This document shows positions 58,926-64,000 of a stretch of DNA of 64,000 bases, in pieces. The DNA is from Candidatus Heimdallarchaeota archaeon. GTDB lineage: Archaea > Asgardarchaeota > Heimdallarchaeia > Heimdallarchaeales > Heimdallarchaeaceae. The DNA lies in contig JAHLWR010000015.1 in assembly GCA_019057815.1 (NCBI GenBank), forward strand, positions 25,248 to 89,247, in the 5' to 3' direction. Each line of letters starts with the position of its first letter. Positions within the stretch are counted from its first letter, which is position 1. The position numbers and the translations under genes were made by a program. The notes beneath the pieces are model-generated. The model worked only from the letters and a program-made list of their open reading frames with translations. It did not search any database and was not told the origin of the DNA.

Positions 58926-59062
58926 TTTTTTTTCACCTTAATTATTACATCTAACACTATATTGATAAAATTCTATATAAAGGTGGTAAAAAAATAGACT
59001 GTAAAATGATGATTGACTGTCAATTTTGAACTGTTTTTACCTTAACTGTTTTTGTACAGCAT

Positions 59063-60161
59063 TTAGCTTCTACAAGCATTAATTCTTTTTATGTTCTTTG
59101 AAAAAATATCTTTAAACTTTTCCTCATCAGAAGGCTTGAGAGTAGAAGATGTTGCAATATATCCAAGATCTGTTTTGTTTTCAAACTCTCTAAAAGCCGA
59201 ATATATTGCTGCTTGTGAGTTCCTATCTACTTTAGTACCAGTCACTATAATATGAAAATCTTTAAAGTACAAGTGTTTTATTTCTTTATTTCTTAATTTG
59301 AGTTCTTCTTTTGCCTTATCCTTTGAATTCAAGCTTTCTGCAATGAAATCCCTTCCAACAATTAACAATTTAACTTCTTCAAGATTATGATCGATTTCTC
59401 CATCTCTACACTTGAATCTAATCAAAGGATAGTTGTGATTGGATACTAGAATAATCTCATCTGGTATATTGTTTGAAGCTAGCATATTTAGAGGGTCAAT
59501 AAACACAGCAATTCCGAGGCATAGCATCGCAAGAGGGAAAAGGTATCTTCTAATAGGGTGCATTTTTTGTATATGAGCTGAAATCATCCAGAGAGCTAGA
59601 ACCAAGAATCCTAGAAAGCTGATATCAAATTGCTTAGCATTAACGTTTTTAACAAATTTTCTAACAAGATACAATATAAAGAATGATAAGAAAATGGCCA
59701 TGAATATCCCTGTTACTATGAAGAATAACAGCGAATAATACTTGACTTCCCACATAGAAGTGATACTATCATACCCCAAATTAGATAGATTAAGATCAGT
59801 TAATAGGATGATTGAAGCTCCAATCATGAGAGCTGATAAATGTGAGAAAATTGACAACTTGTTGTTTTTTATCAATATCAGAGAATTAGTAAAACAAAGA
59901 AAAGCAAAAGCTAAGAAGATATCTGTTAAAATTATAAGAATTAACACTGTTGTGGTTTTGTTATCTTCTGGTTGATAAAAGCCTGTGATACTAGCAAAGA
60001 CATAGCCTACAAAAGCCGATAGTTGTACTTATGCTTAATATTAGATATGAGCTGTTTCTTGTGATTTTCGTTGCTCTAACAAATGCAAAAAGTGCAAAAC
60101 TGAAGAAAAGAACAGTTTCGACAGTTAGCAGTATCGTCGATATAGGCACAAGAGACATCAT
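59063..60161 (-). pseudogene. Seven-TM membrane protein with cytoplasmic C-terminal domain, frameshifted near 60030
   Basis: ATG at 60161 gives MMSLVPISTILLTVETVLFFSFALFAFV..YLILSI; a one-base shift continues VQLSAFVGYVFASITG.. in frame with ORF 59063-59947. Confidence 0.65.
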
Positions 60162-60240
60162 TTTTTATTTTTTTGTGAGTCTTCTTAAACTTGATTATTG
60201 TCTTACTGTTACTTATTATCTCAAAAAATCTGAAAGTTCT

Positions 60241-60738
60241 CTAATTGCTAAGTCTTTTTTTCTTTTGCTTCTTAATAAGAAATCTTGCACATAATATAAT
60301 AACTCCTGCACCGAACATTGCTGTTAATATAATGTAATCAGTATTAGACGACCATATACCATGAAGTACCGCTTGTTCTCTTGAAAAAGGAAACCATAAC
60401 ATCATCTCGGAGTAAATAATTGCATCAAAGAAAATGTGTGATATTAATCCTAACAATCCAGAAATAAGCGAAATATAAGGGTTAAAAGGTTTGAAATACC
60501 GTTCAAGTTTGAACCATCGAAAAGATAACCAACTGATTAATGAAACAGGTATTAGGAAGATAATTACTCCTAGAAAACTATGAACTATTCCGTGGAGTTG
60601 TCCTACTCCAAAGATGAGATAGAAAATAGGTTCGAGGTCTATAATTACGCAACCGATTAGGAGAGCAATTGGATCTAAAAAAGTAAAGATGCTGAATAAA
60701 AAGATAGCAAAACCAATATGAAAGGGAGTAAAAGGCAT
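60241..60738 (-). CDS. Membrane-bound metal-dependent hydrolase-like protein (YdjM/DUF4184-like)
   Basis: MPFTPFH, IIDLEP, LHGIVHS, ISHIFFD, WFPFS. Confidence 0.8.
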   Translation of the reverse strand: MPFTPFHIGFAIFLFSIFTFLDPIALLIGCVIIDLEPIFYLIFGVGQLHGIVHSFLGVIIFLIPVSLISWLSFRWFKLERYFKPFNPYISLISGLLGLISHIFFDAIIYSEMMLWFPFSREQAVLHGIWSSNTDYIILTAMFGAGVIILCARFLIKKQKKKRLSN

Positions 60739-60833
60739 CTAATATTATATTCTTATAATAGCTTATATCATTTTCGTGAAAAAATAAGAAGTGCTGATTC
60801 TTGTAGTATACGACGTCTAAATTCAATACATAT

Positions 60834-62470
60834 ATGTTTATATATTTGCACAGACAAATATTACTAGATTTATTACACTCTGATTAAAAGGGGATAATAA
60901 AGAAAAAAATAGGAAAATCAAATGAAAAGACGAACAATAGTGAGTTTAGCTTTAACTTTTTTTATATTACTAGGGTTACAATTTAATTCTGTTACAGCTT
61001 TTTCCCAAATGTATTATTCCGACAAACTCATAGTTGGTGACGAATTTGTTTGGGATCTGACATATTACACTGTCAATACAGAAATTGAATACCCTTTTAT
61101 GGACTTAGAAAGCGAAAGTGTAATAACACTTGAAATTCTTAAAAGGCTAACTAATGTGGATTTTGCTCAAAAAGATTCTAGTGATTTTTCTGATTATTTC
61201 AAACTCACTTTTGGAGAACAGATATTTGATTTCAAAGGGGATGATGAACCTTTTTATTGGTTCATTTGTCCAACCTATATTAATTTTGAAGGTACAATAA
61301 TTAATATTGTAGAAGAACAATGGATCTATATTATAAATGATGATTATTTATATGACGAAGAAAACGCTAAATTCACCATCGAGATAAATAATAATCAAGT
61401 TAGATACGTTGGTGATATAAAATACGGTGATGATACTATTGAGCATGTTGATCTGATAATAGAACAAGATACAGGCATAATGATACAAATTAACATTAAG
61501 GTTGAATCTATAACTAGCGAGGAAACGAGCTATCGGCAAGTCTTCAAAAGGAGAGGAGTAGGCATTAGTTTTAGTGTTCCAATGAATTTGTTTGCATCTA
61601 TAATTCCATTAGTGTTGATTACTGTGTTTCTACGAAAAAGAAATTGATTCTTTGAGTATAAGGCGTTTAATTTGAAAATAGACATGTTTATAAATGTGCA
61701 CAGTCAAATATTATTAGCTTTATATCACTCTGATTAAAGAGGACAATAAAGAAAAAAACAACAGGTAAATCAAATGAAAAAACAAACAATAGTGAGTTTA
61801 GCTTTAACTTTCTTTATATTACTAGGACTACAATTAAATTCTGTTACAGCTGCTTCCCAAATATATTATTCCGACAAACTCATAGTTGGTAACGAATTTG
61901 TTTGGGATCTGACATATTATGAATTTAATATGGAAATTGAAGAACTTTTTATGGATTTAGAAAACGAAAGTGTAATAACACTTGAAATTCTTCAAAGTCC
62001 AGCTAATGTGAATTTTGTTCAAATAGCATTTAGTAATTTTTCTGATTATTTCAACCTCACTTTTGGAGAACAGATATATGATTTCAATTGGGATGACCCG
62101 TTTCATTTGTTCATTTATCCTATATCTATGGATGGAGTAAACTCTGTAGAAGAAGAATGGATCTATGCTGTCATTGATGATTTTTACTTTAATGAAGACT
62201 CTTCCTTCACCATTGAGATAAAAAATAATCAAGTTAGATACGTTGGTGATATAAGATACGATGATGATGCAACTGTGGATGTTGATCTAATAATCGAAAA
62301 AGACACAGGCATAATGATACAAATTAGTGTGGAATTTGGGACTATAACTAGCGAGGAAACGAATTATCAGATAGTCTTAAAGAGGAGAGGAGTAGATATT
62401 AGTGTTCCAATGAGTTTATTTGCTTTTATAATTCCATTAGTGTTGATTACGGTGCTTCTACGAAAAAGGG
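60834..62470 (+). repeat. Tandem duplication, ~850 bp period, including the upstream region
   Basis: ATGTTTATA..GCACAG.CAAATATTA at 60834 and 61684. Confidence 0.85.
60922..61647 (+). CDS. Secreted membrane-anchored protein, tandem copy 1
   Basis: Signal peptide, GDEFVW, C-terminal TM plus RKR. Confidence 0.75.
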   Translation: MKRRTIVSLALTFFILLGLQFNSVTAFSQMYYSDKLIVGDEFVWDLTYYTVNTEIEYPFMDLESESVITLEILKRLTNVDFAQKDSSDFSDYFKLTFGEQIFDFKGDDEPFYWFICPTYINFEGTIINIVEEQWIYIINDDYLYDEENAKFTIEINNNQVRYVGDIKYGDDTIEHVDLIIEQDTGIMIQINIKVESITSEETSYRQVFKRRGVGISFSVPMNLFASIIPLVLITVFLRKRN

Positions 62471-62487
62471 ACTTATATTGCAGTTGA
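61774..62487 (+). CDS. Secreted membrane-anchored protein, tandem copy 2
   Basis: Clear paralog of the preceding gene. Confidence 0.75.
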   Translation: MKKQTIVSLALTFFILLGLQLNSVTAASQIYYSDKLIVGNEFVWDLTYYEFNMEIEELFMDLENESVITLEILQSPANVNFVQIAFSNFSDYFNLTFGEQIYDFNWDDPFHLFIYPISMDGVNSVEEEWIYAVIDDFYFNEDSSFTIEIKNNQVRYVGDIRYDDDATVDVDLIIEKDTGIMIQISVEFGTITSEETNYQIVLKRRGVDISVPMSLFAFIIPLVLITVLLRKRDLYCS

Positions 62488-62530
62488 TGAACTAAAAATC
62501 ACATAATTTTTTCTTTTTTTATGAGTCTTA

Positions 62531-62953
62531 TTATGGTATTTTTCTAAGCACTGTCATTATTTGATTTTCTATTTTTTGAAAATCTGACAGATTCTCTGCT
62601 ATAATCTTATATGCAAGTTCGTCATCAAGCTTTCCATATCGATGAACAAGTATATTTCGAAAACCTTTCATTCCTCGGATAATGTCTGCTAAATCCTCAT
62701 CCAGGATTTCATTCTTACAAAGTTGATCTATTATGTCACTAGTTCCATTAGGAATGCCTAATTTTAGCTCTGCATTAATCGAAGAAATTATATCGATTAT
62801 TAGTTCAATGCTATATTCATATCTTTTGTAAATACCATCTTTGACTATGCCTAGTTTTTCAAATTCGACATAGCTTTTAGTTAAATTGTCTTCTATTATT
62901 CGAACATTTTCTCTAATTTGATCGAATTTGGCTATAATGTGTTCAACTTTCAA
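62531..62953 (-). CDS. HEPN (DUF86/HepT-like) toxin
   Basis: GMKGFRNILVHRYGKLD (Rx4H). Confidence 0.92.
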   Translation of the reverse strand: MKVEHIIAKFDQIRENVRIIEDNLTKSYVEFEKLGIVKDGIYKRYEYSIELIIDIISSINAELKLGIPNGTSDIIDQLCKNEILDEDLADIIRGMKGFRNILVHRYGKLDDELAYKIIAENLSDFQKIENQIMTVLRKIP

Positions 62954-63329
62954 ACATTACACCTTTCACATATTGAATCCTGTATTTCTCAAAATCCTCG
63001 AATTCACGAATTATTTGATAAGCTAAGTCGTAAAGAGACCTGGTTTCGTAAAGAACTCTCCCTCCTAGAACTTCCTTTTGAACTGCAAGAGGTAGCAAAT
63101 TTAATACTTGAAAATCAAAAAAATCAGGAAACTTACTAGAAAACGCTATTCGTATGGAGAACATCTTCTGCTTTGGAGTGTCTTTTTGAAAAGCAAGAGC
63201 TATATCAATATCATCAAAATACTCATTCTGATTGTAGGAGCCATATAAAATGATTCCAGATATTGAATCATCCTGTTGAGCTAATTCTACTATCTCTTGT
63301 ATAGTACTCTCAATTTGAGCTCTTTTCAA
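62943..63329 (-). CDS. Minimal nucleotidyltransferase (MntA-like antitoxin)
   Basis: IILYGSY..DDIDIAL..DFQVLNLLP; overlaps the HEPN gene. Confidence 0.9.
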   Translation of the reverse strand: MKRAQIESTIQEIVELAQQDDSISGIILYGSYNQNEYFDDIDIALAFQKDTPKQKMFSIRIAFSSKFPDFFDFQVLNLLPLAVQKEVLGGRVLYETRSLYDLAYQIIREFEDFEKYRIQYVKGVMFES

Positions 63330-63612
63330 GGTTTAACACCCAGTAACTATTATCATAAAGCTATTTGAACTTTATCTCTAACAATAAGAGAGTAATGCAG
63401 AATATGGTTTCCTTATAATATTTTCTCGCACTTATGAATGAATTTGCTCCTTAATAGGTTTAAATAGTCAATCGATTTTCAGAACTGTTTTCAAATCTCC
63501 TAATCATGAAGATTGTTTGTTATTGACAATCCTACAGACATCTCATCAGAATAAGTATGTGGTTTTTATCTAGAACTGCTACTGACATAAGTTTTATATC
63601 ACATTTCGTAAA

Positions 63613-63891
63613 TTGAATATTATGTCTGATTCAATAGTTATTTCATCCCTTAGAATTCATAAGGATTTAGCTACAAAGCTTAATTTTCTGGCAAAGAAGG
63701 AAGGAATTAGTAAATCAGAAATTATTCTTCGTGCTTTAGAAAGATTCTTATCTGAAATAGTAATTGAAAAAACAAGAAACGCAGAAGAAATTCTGAAATT
63801 AGTTGAGTTACGAACAGGAAGAAAACCCAAACTTATAAGAGATCCAAAGGAGATATACAAAGAAGAATATCGATTAGTGGGAATAAAATGA
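63613..63891 (+). CDS. CopG/RHH antitoxin
   Basis: SLRIHKDLATKLNFLAKKEGISKSEIILRAL. Confidence 0.8.
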   Translation: MNIMSDSIVISSLRIHKDLATKLNFLAKKEGISKSEIILRALERFLSEIVIEKTRNAEEILKLVELRTGRKPKLIRDPKEIYKEEYRLVGIK

Positions 63892-64000
63892 GAATGGCTT
63901 TAGATACTTCTATACTCGTTGATTTTTTTACTAAGGAAAAAGAGATTGTACCAGTACTTGAACATGAACTTTTCTTACCACCTCACCTCCTCTAGAGCGA
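63888..64000 (+). pseudogene. 5' part of a PIN/VapC gene with early TAG at 63993-63995
   Basis: MRMALDTSILVDFF.. overlaps the RHH stop (ATGA); stops after 35 codons; window ends. Confidence 0.55.

Noticed and set aside
2265-63860. Short antisense or overlapping ORFs in the track (e.g. 4081-4383, 12100-12339, 20651-21196, 49054-49407, 54336-54626)
   Set aside because: Shadow ORFs overlapping well-supported genes, with no motifs

Overview
AT-rich archaeal DNA, most likely an Asgard archaeon (Heimdallarchaeia-like). This is inferred from a TPR protein with a longin/roadblock-like tail, many C-terminally anchored surface proteins, TATA-box promoters and archaeal-type RadA/Hel308/XPD/Hef genes. 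No rRNA, tRNA or CRISPR array was seen. The window holds: (i) a RadA paralog and a solo IS200/IS605-superfamily tnpB with a rearranged RuvC site; (ii) a tightly coupled minus-strand operon (19898 to 9050) encoding a surface protein, two membrane proteins, a RadB-like ATPase, an MmcB-like nuclease, a degenerate HerA/VirB4-like ATPase and a Ski2/Hel308-like helicase with an inserted SWIM finger. This is the best candidate for an undescribed system, possibly membrane-linked DNA uptake/recombination; (iii) a degenerate Hef plus XPD pair followed by a promoter-bearing structured ~112 nt ncRNA candidate; (iv) a split EhpF/EhpG (GriC/GriD-like) carboxylate reductase pair; (v) six toxin-antitoxin-like modules, two tandem gene duplications, several frameshifted or nonsense-interrupted genes, and ordinary enzymes and transporters. 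All family calls come from reading motifs by eye; no database searches were run.
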